From positions 6,448,001 to 6,512,000 of the forward strand of contig CM022676.1 of the NCBI GenBank assembly GCA_012295275.1: DNA of 64,000 nucleotides, read 5' to 3'. A program made the translations under genes and the position numbers. Every line of letters starts with the position of its first letter. Positions within the stretch are counted from its first letter, which is position 1. Below the pieces are notes generated by a model that saw only the letters and a program-made list of their open reading frames with translations, did no database searches and was not told the DNA's origin. Positions 30,116-42,100 of the stretch are shown in pieces. Origin of the DNA: Chrysomallon squamiferum (Eukaryota > Animalia > Mollusca).

Positions 30116-31797
30116 CTGTAAGTGTAAGTAATAGGTTTTGAATTCATATAATAAAAATTAAAATAATATTGAAGTAAAACAAACATCAGAATAACTGCAT
30201 GCTCACACACACACACACACACATGCACGCACGCACGCACACACACACACAAACATGCAATGTATATTTACATTTATTTGAACCAAACAGTTGTATGTGT
30301 AAATGCTCAAAAGAAATAAACTTTAACAACATGTCATACATCAACATACTGATATTAATATTAAATATATATTAAAAACAAATATTTTTTTATTTAGATA
30401 ATTATAATTTATGGAGCATACAAAAATATTTTGACTTCACTTATATAAACATACTCAGAAAACACATAAACTTGTTTCTAATTTGTGCCCCAACATGGTG
30501 AAACAACACTGAGAGATTGATCATGTGACTAATTAACCCTTAGGTGTGGTGTATAACCTACAGGTGTAATGTCAATGATGTCTTTGTTTTGTAATTGTCT
30601 TTTAAAAATATTAGTATTTACAAAAAACTTTATTAACAGGTGACAGCTAGTATTTTCCACTGGTATATTTATTATTACTATTACTGACATTATTATTATT
30701 ATTATTATTATTATTAAATAACTAAAATAAAGTAAAATTAATTAAAAAAAAAAATTAAATAAAATATGAAATAAAGATTATTATTAATTTTTAAAACATT
30801 ATTAACAGCTGACAGGTAGTATTTTCCACTGGTATATTTATTATTATAAGTATAATAATTATTACTACTACTGACATTATTAAACTATTACTATTATTAC
30901 TACTACTACTACTGACATTATTAAACTATTATTATTATTATTTATTATTATAATCATTTATTGTTACTGACATCACCATCATCATTTTTATTGGCATCAA
31001 ACTTAACGATTGTCAATTTACATTCCTATTTTATGTTAATATTAAAACAGTTTTCAAATAACTCATGATCTGGATAATGTAAATACATTCACAACTTTAT
31101 CTGAACACAATCATAAAAAGAAGAAAAGGGCAATCTAAAAACAATTCTTCATATTTAATCCTAACTTACAATCCTGTTAATAGTTGTTTTAGTTTGATTT
31201 TCATTGTTATTGACATTACTGAACTTATTGTTATTGCTAATTATTATTGTTGTCTCAGAAGTTCATCTCAGTCCATTTAACTATAATAAATTATAATAAT
31301 ATTTTTAACTTGCAAATAAACCTCACAACAATAAATATAAATAAAAAGGAAAGGGAAAAAGAAGATGATATTAAATAATGAAATAAAACTGTGTAAAATT
31401 ACATCATAAATTATAATACATCAATCATCCCTTGATGTTTAAAATACTTGCTTAATGACAACTGTGAATGTATGTAAAAATAAAATAAATACACTATCAG
31501 ACTTTTAGTTTTAAATTATATAATATTATTTATTATGTAAAACATCTTGTAATATTACATTTTAATTTGAATTTTAGACGACAACGACAACAAAATCTAT
31601 CATATAATATATATTTTATTTACTAACTTATTTATTTATTATTTTGATATGCTGTTTTAATCCGTCTTTAAAATATTTTAATAATTCATCTTCACGTTTG
31701 TTCGAATGTTCAGTGTTCGTAAGAATCGAGGGGCACTGTCACTCATTCAATCGCCGATTGTGAAGAATAATAGCGAAAAAAAATATATAAACCTTAC

Positions 31798-32070
31798 CAT
31801 ATATTTTGGGAAGTGTGTTGCATCAAAGCTAATATGATTTAGTACAATCAGAAGAATGAAAAATATAATGCACTTCCTCAGATCTAGTTAAAGTTGTTAA
31901 ATATTAAATGCCAAACATATTCTGTTGTGTTACTTTTCCGCCATTGAAAACCATAACGCACCTTCCATAAACACCCTCTGTGATTGGAGGAAACAACACA
32001 GAGCCGTTTCCTTTTGATGTTTGTTTTGAAATTACAGCAAAGAACCACAAAATGATCCGGCGGCAAATCC
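31798..32070 (-). promoter_or_regulatory. Promoter and first exon of an unidentified divergent minus-strand gene
   Basis: CpG-rich island; minus-strand CCAATCA (31981-31987), YY1-like AATGGCGG (31938-31945), and donor ATG|gtaagg at 31798/31797. The + strand of 1-31.8 kb is dominated by A-tracts (T-tracts on the minus, sense, strand), the mirror image of the ARCN1 introns. Confidence 0.55.
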
Positions 32071-32544
32071 ATAAGGGAAATTTCTTTCGTATTTTTATAA
32101 GCTAGTTAAAATGATAGTACATCGATAATAATATTTTATTAAAAATGACCTGTAATTACTATGATAATGAAGAAGAGATGCACATTACTAACAATAGGAT
32201 TTATTTTGTACTATAATGGCAGTGGCTACAACTGTGATGATGGTAATAGTAATATAGTAACAAGAATTAATAACCGATGTAAATTAAGCGCAGTAAAACG
32301 TACTTTTATCAGTATTCTTCTTCTTCCAAAAAAATTTCAAATGTATATTCTCTATAATGAAATACATATTTGAAACTAGATAAATAACTGATTTATGCAA
32401 TTTGTAACAATAAGTTGCATTATTTAGTAAGTTTTTTTAAATACAGTATTTAACTATTTTATATTAAAACCTTTATGTAATTCCATTTAATAATACTACT
32501 ACAGCTACTACAGTTATTATTACGTCTGCAAGTAGTATATCGCA

Positions 32545-32581
<37 letters not shown>

Positions 32582-32979
32582 TGTTTTCATGCTTTGTATT
32601 GCATTTTAATGCAGACATTTATTGCATGTTTGCAGTTTTGACGATGTCTCATAGCTGTAGTTAACTGAATTTAAAAAAATATATATCTTATAAATTATAA
32701 AATATGTAAATGGACTGTTATTAAAGTATAATCAAATATATTATTTGACTTATAAAAATTGCTCAAATATTAATTTTAAAAAGTTGTTGTGTTGAGAAAA
32801 TAATATCGGATTTGAGATCCTGTTACGGCAAAGTGGTTTCCGTTTCAGGCTAGAATATAGTTCGCATGTTATAAAATAATTAATTAATATTTTTGTAATC
32901 AATAACAACATATTTTACTTTCTGATAAATATTCCACTAAATTGAAACATATTTTAGAAGTTATGTAGCACTGTGCTCC

Positions 32980-33143
32980 GAATATTTGACATACAGCGGT
33001 GTATTAATACACCAAAACTGACGTGGCCACCACCATCTTGGAAGCAAACTTGTGGCAGGAAACGTTGCATGTTTTACAATACGAGGTCAAAAGAACTCTA
33101 GTGTTGAACATTTTGATTAACAGTTACTCATTTTACAAGCAGA
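32980..33143 (+). promoter_or_regulatory. ARCN1 proximal promoter/5'UTR with UPRE/CREB3-type site and YY1-like motif
   Basis: TGACGTGGC at 33019-33027, CCATCTTG at about 33033-33040, local CpG enrichment, about 120 nt upstream of the ATG. Confidence 0.6.
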
Positions 33144-33146
33144 ATG
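33144..33146 (+). CDS. ARCN1: ARCN1 coding exon 1 (ATG only)
   Basis: agaATG|gtaagt perfect donor; supplies the Met for exon 2 (VLLASAVC...) in phase 0. Confidence 0.85.
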
Positions 33147-36100
33147 GTAAGTTAAACTGCTGTCTATCATGTCTTTAAATGTCTACGATCACAAGTACGA
33201 TTTAAAATTATTATTATATTCAGGTAAAGCGCAGTCAATCATGCGAATTCTGTTTATTAACAGATCATCATAATATACAAACTATTCAGAAACGATGTAA
33301 ATCATGTATAATCTTTGATATTTGAAATAAACCGAATATTGTCATATTTTAATTTTATTCATTTGCAAATCAAATGTTTTAGATTTGTTAAAGTTGGATT
33401 GGTTTGTCACCTGTGTGTAAACATACAATATTACAAATTTATCTCATCACTGTAGCAGGTTTTTATACTATTCACAAGCATCAATCCTTCATTCCTTGTA
33501 AAAGTCTTTCTAGTACTTTCTCACAACCAGCTTTGCCCCATGGTTTTTCAAAAACTTTTCATATCCTACTTGTGGGATAGATGAGGGTAATCCACACACT
33601 GATGCACTGGTGGGAACAGTAACATTGCTAACAAGAGTTATGAGTCTTATCTTTTGTTTTTATTAATGTGGTACTAGTGGGTTTTCACTTGTGTTATATT
33701 AAAATCTTTAAAATAATGTCTCAATTTAAAAGAAAAGAGAAAAAAAAGGCTGTTGCATTCATTCAGAGTTGTTTCCTTTGAATAAATTTTGTCTGACACA
33801 CATAATTATGTTTTGGATGTTTTGATACAGTCATAGAGTATAATGAATGTAATGCATTATAAATGTTTACTTACAGTTAATTTTTATTTTATTAAATTAT
33901 TTTGTTTTTAAGGTGCTGCTTGCCTCTGCTGTGTGCAATAAGGCTGGAAAAGGTTTGTTTCAGTTGTTTGATTTTTTAAAAACAAATATCATATTATAAT
34001 TAAAGTGAAATTTAATTTTCACAAGTAATTTAATTACAGTTTTAGTAAAAAAAAAATTATATTGGTATTATGCAAAATTTAAAATTGGCAAGCATTTTGT
34101 GTATTGTATTAATTAGCTTGTTTTAAAGATGTTAAAATACATACAAACATTTTAAATTTAATTCTGTAAGAATGTCATTACTACTTTCTTGTAATTCCAA
34201 ATTTTTACATAAATCTCCTATCACATGAAACAAAATAAAATATATATATCTTTATTTTTTTTTTTTTTTCAGCCATAATTTCCCGCCAGTTTGTCGAGAT
34301 GACTAGATCTCGAATTGAAGGTCTTTTGGCAGCATTTCCCAAACTGATGAACACAGGAAAACAACACACATTTGTTGAAACAGAAAGTGTACGTTATGTG
34401 TACCAACCACTGGAGAAACTTTACGTTCTGCTCATAACTACGAAAGCTAGCAACATTTTGGAAGATCTTGAAACTCTGAGACTGTTTGCCAAAGTGGTTA
34501 GTGTTGATAAATTTTATTTTATTTAAAAAAAAAAAAGTATAGCTCTAACTGATCTTTTATATTCATTTATTTTGCTGACGTTTATTTGAATTTTTTATTT
34601 TTTTTATAAATTTATTGATAAAAACCTTATTTTTCTGGAAATATTTTTTATTTTTTTATTTTAAATTATCTTTACTGATAAGAACAAATAATGCTTTGGA
34701 AAAAAAAGAACGAACATAAATTTTCATGAAATGTGACTTTTAATTTGTTTTTTATTTATATTTTCAACCCAGTGAACTGAAGTAAAATGTTATAAATGTT
34801 GATGCATTTTCTTATCTACACAAACACCACCTGTTGCATATTGGTGATTAAAAAGTAATGCCCAGTTTGAAAAAATTAGAATTGGGCTTTGAATATAACA
34901 GAAATTGAAGTAAAAAAGCAAGCCTAAATATAGTTTATAGGTCATTTCATGTCAAATCACACAACAAAAGAAATTTAAACCTGACTGTGGGATCCCAGTC
35001 AACAAGTATACCAAGTTTGATCAAAATCTGAGATTGTCAGGTTTAACCCATTGGGTGATTTGACACGGACTGACCCTTATATATTAATTGCTTGTAACAG
35101 CATACCAACCTTTCCTAATCATAAAATAGAACTGTGGCTTTAAACATAACAGAAATTGAAGTAATGAATAGTCTAAATATAGTTTATATATTTATTAATT
35201 CCTTGTAACTAGATACGAACCTTTCCTAATAATAAATTACAATGGTAATGACTGCTGAATGTCAAAGAAATTCTATTAGCAATGTTTCCCTGTTTTAAAA
35301 AAAAAAAAAAATTCATGATTCTTATCTGAAAGTAAATAAATACAACAGGTAGATCATCCATAATGTTAATTTTATTGCAGATAAGGAATAAATTTAACAT
35401 TCCAGTTTAGTACATATAGTCAAGCTTAAAAAAAAATCATTTATATTTAGGTTAATTATAAGTGTAATATATCAGGGCTGAGTTGCATAGTAATGAATAA
35501 TTAGATGCATACATAAATCAAGTTTTTTCTTATAAATATATTCATCAGACGTTGTTGCAATTATTTGTACTAGAACATTTTTTGGGAACATATTTTCACA
35601 CCTGAAGCTAGAAAGATTTGTATTTCACAGATTTGTAGAAGCTTACAACAATAATGTAAATGAATTCTTACTAAGATAAAAGTATTTAACAAAAAAGTGA
35701 AAAAGGTCCTACTAAGATTTTTATTTATTTTGATTAATAATGATAATATTTGATTATTAATCTGTATTAGCCAATCTCTGACACTGTATTTTGAGACTTA
35801 ATAATTTCACTTTCAGGTATAACATAACATTTGTGATATTTTGAAAATTTAAATGTTCAAAAATGTTTACCCAGCATTTTATTATTATTATTATTATTAT
35901 TATCTTTATCTTTATCTTTCTTATGATAAAATATTTTATTTAGTATAATTTTTTTAATTTTTTTTTTTTTATAGATTCCGGAATACTGTCGCAATATGGA
36001 GGAAGCTGATATTGTTGAACAGTCATTTTCACTGATCTTTGCTTTCGATGAAATTGTTGCCCTTGGTTACCGAGAAAATGTCAATCTTGCACAGATAAGA

Positions 36101-39100
36101 ACATTCACCGAAATGGACTCTCACGAAGAGAAAGTTTTCCAGGCTGTTAGACAGGTGTTTACATTTTTATCACCTGCATTGATAGCCAGTTATCCCCCTT
36201 GTTAAAATTTGTTTTAAAGTTTTTTATTATTATTATACGTATTTTGTTTGTTTTTTTCAGTTGTAGAATGTAACTGAAGTTTTATTTATTTCTTCTGTGT
36301 GTTTTTTTGTAAATTTTAATATATATTTTTATATAGATCATGTATTCATTTGAGGAAAGTAACTATAATGGAAGTAAATAAATACACGAGATTCTTTTGC
36401 AAGTTAAGACAGTGATGTCAGATAATTATTAGTTTCTGTTATACTTGCTGGTGCTTTGAGCTTTAGAATTCATTAAAAGTAATCAGGAGATTAATTGTAT
36501 TAACTCTAAGTTACACTCGAGAAGAAAATGTACATAATATATGTGTGTGTGTGTGTATATGTAATGTAATGTAGTATAGTACAGTATAATGTAATATAAT
36601 AGTGTAATGTAGTACAGTGCAGTACAATACAATATACATACTAAAGTAATCTAATTTAATACAATGCAATACAATATACCATAACATAATATTTTCCTTC
36701 TAAGACACAAGAAAAAGAGGCGATAGACCACATGAGGCGGAAGGCGAAGGAGATTCAGCAGAAACAGAAAGATATGAACAGGGGCTCAAGGAACTATGGA
36801 CAGGGTGGTTTTGGGAGTGGCCACTACAAAACAGATTACGCGGTCATGGAAGCGCCACCTGTTGATACGCCTAAACCCTCGTACACACAAGTCAGGTGAG
36901 TTTGAATGAAAAAACACGTCACACTTAATTTACTTTTAAAAAAGAAAAAAAAAGAATCTCTAGTTTGTGACTTTTTTGAGTAACATTGGTAGTGATAGTG
37001 TACGTTTTTTGTGTTTTGTTAATGCAGACTCTTTTAATTAACTAAATTAATTTTAAAAAATTACTGTTTAAAATTATCATCAAGAGATGTATGTAAGGTG
37101 TATAAGATTATTATTGAAAAAGTTTCAGTATTTATGTTTTGAGTTCGATCCCAGAAATAATTTCTTACTATGTTCCAAAGTCCAAGTTTAATTTGTGTTT
37201 ACTTGTACTTACTAGATCTGTAACTACATTTGAAATGAAAAGGACAAATCATTATTTGTTTAATGTACTTATTTAATTATTCCTTACTTTTGACTAGTGT
37301 CCCCTTATGCAGGAATAAGAATGTGGCCCTAAATTCAGAAAGCATCCACCCACATTTGCCTAAATTCTTAATAAAATGTGTTGACAATTACTGCAATATT
37401 GCCTCAAATCCGTCTATAATTATTGTCATCTGCAGGCATCAGTTTGTCAAGCAAATGACACTTTTTAGCAGTAATAAACAAATAAAAACCAAACTTTTTA
37501 GTGCTAGTGAACAAATATGAGCAACACTTTTTAGCACCAAAAAACAAAAACAACTGCCACTTTGTAGCACCAACATTTTTTTTACAAACAGCACTTTTTC
37601 GCGTTAATCAAATATTCACGAAAATTTAACAGTGAGACTTTGTCATTTCTGCTCTTTAAAAGGTGATGTGAAAATAATGCCCATTTTTCTACCTGCTCCT
37701 GATTCTTTTTCAGTCTGGAAGAAACAATACTGAATTATATCTTCTTCTTTTTTTTCCTTCTAGTAAGCCATCTTCAACAGGCAAAGCTCTCAAACTTAGC
37801 ACAAAGAAAAAAGATGTCGACACATTTGTTGGACAGTTGGAATCTGAAGGAGAAAGTAAGAATATTTCTAATAAACAAATCATTATTTCATTTTCATTTA
37901 TGTTAATAACACTAAACATAATAATAAGATAAAGCAAAAAAATTCAAAAATATATAAAAAAAGTTCATAATTTGTCTGCCCATTTATTATTTATTAATTT
38001 TATTTTATTATTTAATTTTTGCAATTTTCAGAAGTTGTTTCATCAAACAAGGCAGTATCAAATTCTGTATCTAAAATAGCCACACCAGTAGCTAATCAAG
38101 AAAGGTAAGAAGCTTCATTCACAATATTTTTTTAAAATCCATTTTCTTTTGTTGTTCATTCAGTAGCAAACAATAACTCATATATTAAATATGCTTAGAA
38201 TTATTTTAAATTTTAACAGAAATTATTTTTTTCATACATATATATATATCTGGATCTTAATAAATTACATTTTCTCTAAATAAGTTAAACAAACCATGTT
38301 GATAACTGAATGGTTGATATGTGTGAATTTTTTATTTTTCCTTTACTTAATACCAGTTCTCAGAACCAATTTTAATAACTGTGTATGCATGGTTTTGTTC
38401 TCTGTGTAGTGTATGTAAGCAGTATATATTATATATATATGTGTGTGTGTGCTTATATGGTGTTTGTGGAAGTATGTGTATGTATATATGTGTGTCTGTG
38501 TGTTACATGGTGTCTGTTTTTGTGTGTGTGTGGGTTATATATGATGTTTTTGTGGAAGTATGTGTGTGTATATATGTATACATGTGTGTGTGTGTGTGTT
38601 ATATGTAAATACGTCTGTTTTTTGTGTGTGTGTGTGTTTTTGTAAGGCACGTCTGTTTTTGTGTGTGTGTGTTATATGTAAGTATGTCTATTTTGTTTTT
38701 GTGTGTGTTATATGTAAAGTACATCTGTCTGTTATATGTGTGTGTGTGTGTATGTTATATGTATGTACATCTGTTTTTGTGTCTATTATATGTAAGCACG
38801 TCTGTTTTGTTATATGTGTACATGTGTGTGTATATATGTAAGTACATCTGTTTTTTTGTCTGTTATATGTAAGTACATCTGTTTTTGTGTGTCTGTTATA
38901 TGTAAGTACATCTGTTTTTGTGTGTATGTTATATGTAAGTACATCTGTTTTTGTGTGTCTGTTATATGTAAGTACATCTGTTTTTGTGTGTATGTTATAT
39001 GTAAGTACATCTGTTTTTGTGTGTGTTATATATAAGTACATCTGTGTGTGTGTGTTATATGTAAGTACGTCTATGTGTTTGTATGTGTATATATGTATCT

Positions 39101-42100
39101 ATGTGTGTTATATGTAAGTACGTCTGGGTGTTTGTGTGTTTGTGTGTGTGTGCATGCAGACAGGGGGACACGCTGTAACTGTAATTCTTTTTCACTTGCA
39201 GCATTCACGTAGTTGTAGAAGAGAAGATATCGCTGACAGCGGGTCGCGACGGAGGCCTGGAGAACATGGAGGTGCACGGCATGGTGAAGTTGAAAATAAC
39301 CGACGACAAGTTCACCAGAGTGAAGATCAACGTCGTCAACAAAGACGACAAAGGAATTCAGATACAGGTCATTTTATAAACAGATCCTCTGTTAGTCTAC
39401 TCGCTGTATTTTAATTCCTTGTCTGTTTCATGATTCAAGTATTGTAAGTTGATTTTTTTGTTGTTTTTTTGCTGGTCATTTCCCGTTCCAGACAGTGCTC
39501 TATCATATAATATCATTGACGGAGGACTGGAGAATATCGAATATTTTCTATTGGTCTCTTTCCCATTCTAGACTTCTCTGTCATATAACATCATTGATGG
39601 AGGACTGGAGAATATTGAATTTTTCCACTGGCCTTTTTCTCCCATTCCAGATAGAGTAATGCATATATTATCAAATAACTGTTTTACCGTTTGTGAGAAG
39701 TGGTGTATATATGAACACTTACTGCTAATGAAAGTGAATACCCATAGAAATGGGACAGTGAGTTTCATATCTCATAATAAGATCATTCTTCAGAAAAGTC
39801 CTGTGCGTGATACTGTATTATTTCTAATATTAATATAATTTGGTGCTTTACCCTTGTATATATTTTATTCTTCACTGAATTACCCCAAAAAATTGGTTTT
39901 GTTAATAGTATTATGTGTATCAGATGTTATATTTAATATACTATAACTTAGATTACTTTGAATTTTTATTAGTGCTGAACTATACAAATTTCCATTTGTT
40001 TCAGTTAGGGTTGCTGTTGATTCATAAAATTTAATTGTTTATTATTTTTTTTGGATGCAAATTCCTTTTTATGTTTGGGTGATTATTGACACGAAAGATT
40101 TTATAATTAATGTTAGTTAAAGTAAATTATTATTATTATTTTTTTTGTCTCTTTAGACCCATCCGAACATTGACAAAAAACTGTTTTTGGCTTCGTCTTG
40201 TGTTGGCTTGAAACATCCTGATAAGCCATTTCCTCTCAACACAGACATTGGAGTTCTCAAGTGGAGATTTCAGACACAAGATGATGCTTTTATGCCACTG
40301 TCCAGTAAGTGTTTTAATTTAGTAAGTTTTTAAAAAACAGAAGAAATTTTGTGATGGAAAAAAAAAAAAAATGATTTGGAAGACCAAACTTTATTTTTAT
40401 TTGGATTTTTATTTTCTTGTCCAGTAGATATTATTATTATTTTATTTAAAATAATGAGTCTGAAAAAATATCTTGGAAAACTATCAGAATCTTTAGAAAA
40501 AATATTTTTGTATTTGACAGATTTTTTATGGTCTGACAGGTTATTTGTAAGTAATTTTAATTTTATTATTATTATTTGTATTTGTATTTAAAATAATGTA
40601 GTCTGAAAAAATATCTTGGAAAACTATCGGAAGCTTCAAAATATTTAGATTTTTATGGTCTGACAAGTATTTTTTAAGTAATTTTATTATTACTATCATT
40701 GTTTATTTATTTTATTTTTTTTTATTTTTTTTTATTGGAACAAACTATTTTGTAACAACTAAATACTTAAAGCTCAAGATTACCGTTTTATTTTGCCTTT
40801 GTGAAATGGAGAAAAAGAATTAAAAATTAAATTTCATGATCTGCATGCAATCTTTTTAGTAAATATTTGTTACATTGCCATAAAAAAATGTACATGTTTT
40901 TTAACCTGATTTATCTTAAAATCACATAAATTACAAATTTTATGATCCAGAGTTCTTTTGAGTTATTTTATTTCAGCATATTTATAGTAACTAAATATTT
41001 TTTGCTCTTCTAAACAGTTAACTGCTGGCCATCTGAAAGTGGTAATGGTTGTGATGTGAACATTGAATATGAGTTAGAAAAACCAGAAATGGAACTTGAA
41101 AACGTAGTTATTTCTATTCCTTGCCCGTAAGTGCTGAGTTACATACACCAATAAATGTGTGAAACTGTACACATCACAGTTTATTTTAATGTTTGCTTGT
41201 GGGTAAATATAAATATGTGAAAGTAACGAGTTAAATTTTAACGTTTGTTTGCATGTCGTACATAAATAAAACCATAAATATGTGAAACTGGTAATATTTT
41301 ATTTTATCATTACTGATGAATGTCAGTTTGAGAAAGTTTAGATAGTTAAAGTCTATGTAAATACCCTACAGTTTCAATTATAAAATACTTGAAATGCTAT
41401 TAGCTGTCATAAATCAGTATTTAATTATTTTATTTTTTTAAAGTTGAGTAAATTATTCTCTGTTTACATTTCATTTTAATGTATTTAAAGATAAATTAAC
41501 TTGGATAAAACAAAAACATAAATGTCTTAGATGAACAAAAAATATACACAATGAAAAGCATAAATGTTCTGAATATCGATAAACATCAGTAAATAAACAT
41601 GTTGAAGATTTATAAAAAATAAAAAATAAATAAATGTCTTTTATAAGTTAAAAAAAAAAATGAAGAAAAGAAACATCTTGGTATAAAGAAAACCTTTTAG
41701 ATACAAAAAAAAAATATGTCTGAGATACGTAAAAATACAAGTAGTATAATGTTCTACCCTCGCTTGGGGTTACTCCTACGTGCAGGTCAGGTGCTGGTTC
41801 GCCAGTGGTAGGCGAGTGTGATGGAGACTATTCCTACGACTCGAGGAATCGCCTGCTTCTGTGGAGTTTGCCTGTCATCGATGCAAACAACAAAACAGGG
41901 TCCATGGAATTCTCAATAAACGGGCACCCTGACGATTTCTTCCCTGTCAACGTGTCCTTTGTGTCCAAGAAACCGTATTGTGATATACAGGTATGTAGTA
42001 GTTCTTGTGTTAGTGTTTGTAGTGGTTTTTATGTTAGTGTTTGTAGTGGTTCTTATGTTAGTATTTGTAGTGGTTTTTATGTTAGTATTTGTAGTGGTTT

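Noticed and set aside
37710-37937. 75-aa minus-strand ORF
   Set aside because: Antisense shadow of ARCN1 exon 6.
38381-39117. Stack of Cys/Val/Tyr-rich overlapping ORFs
   Set aside because: TG-rich minisatellite inside ARCN1 intron 7.
39136-39414. 92-aa Arg-rich + strand ORF
   Set aside because: Wrong-frame read-through of ARCN1 exon 8.
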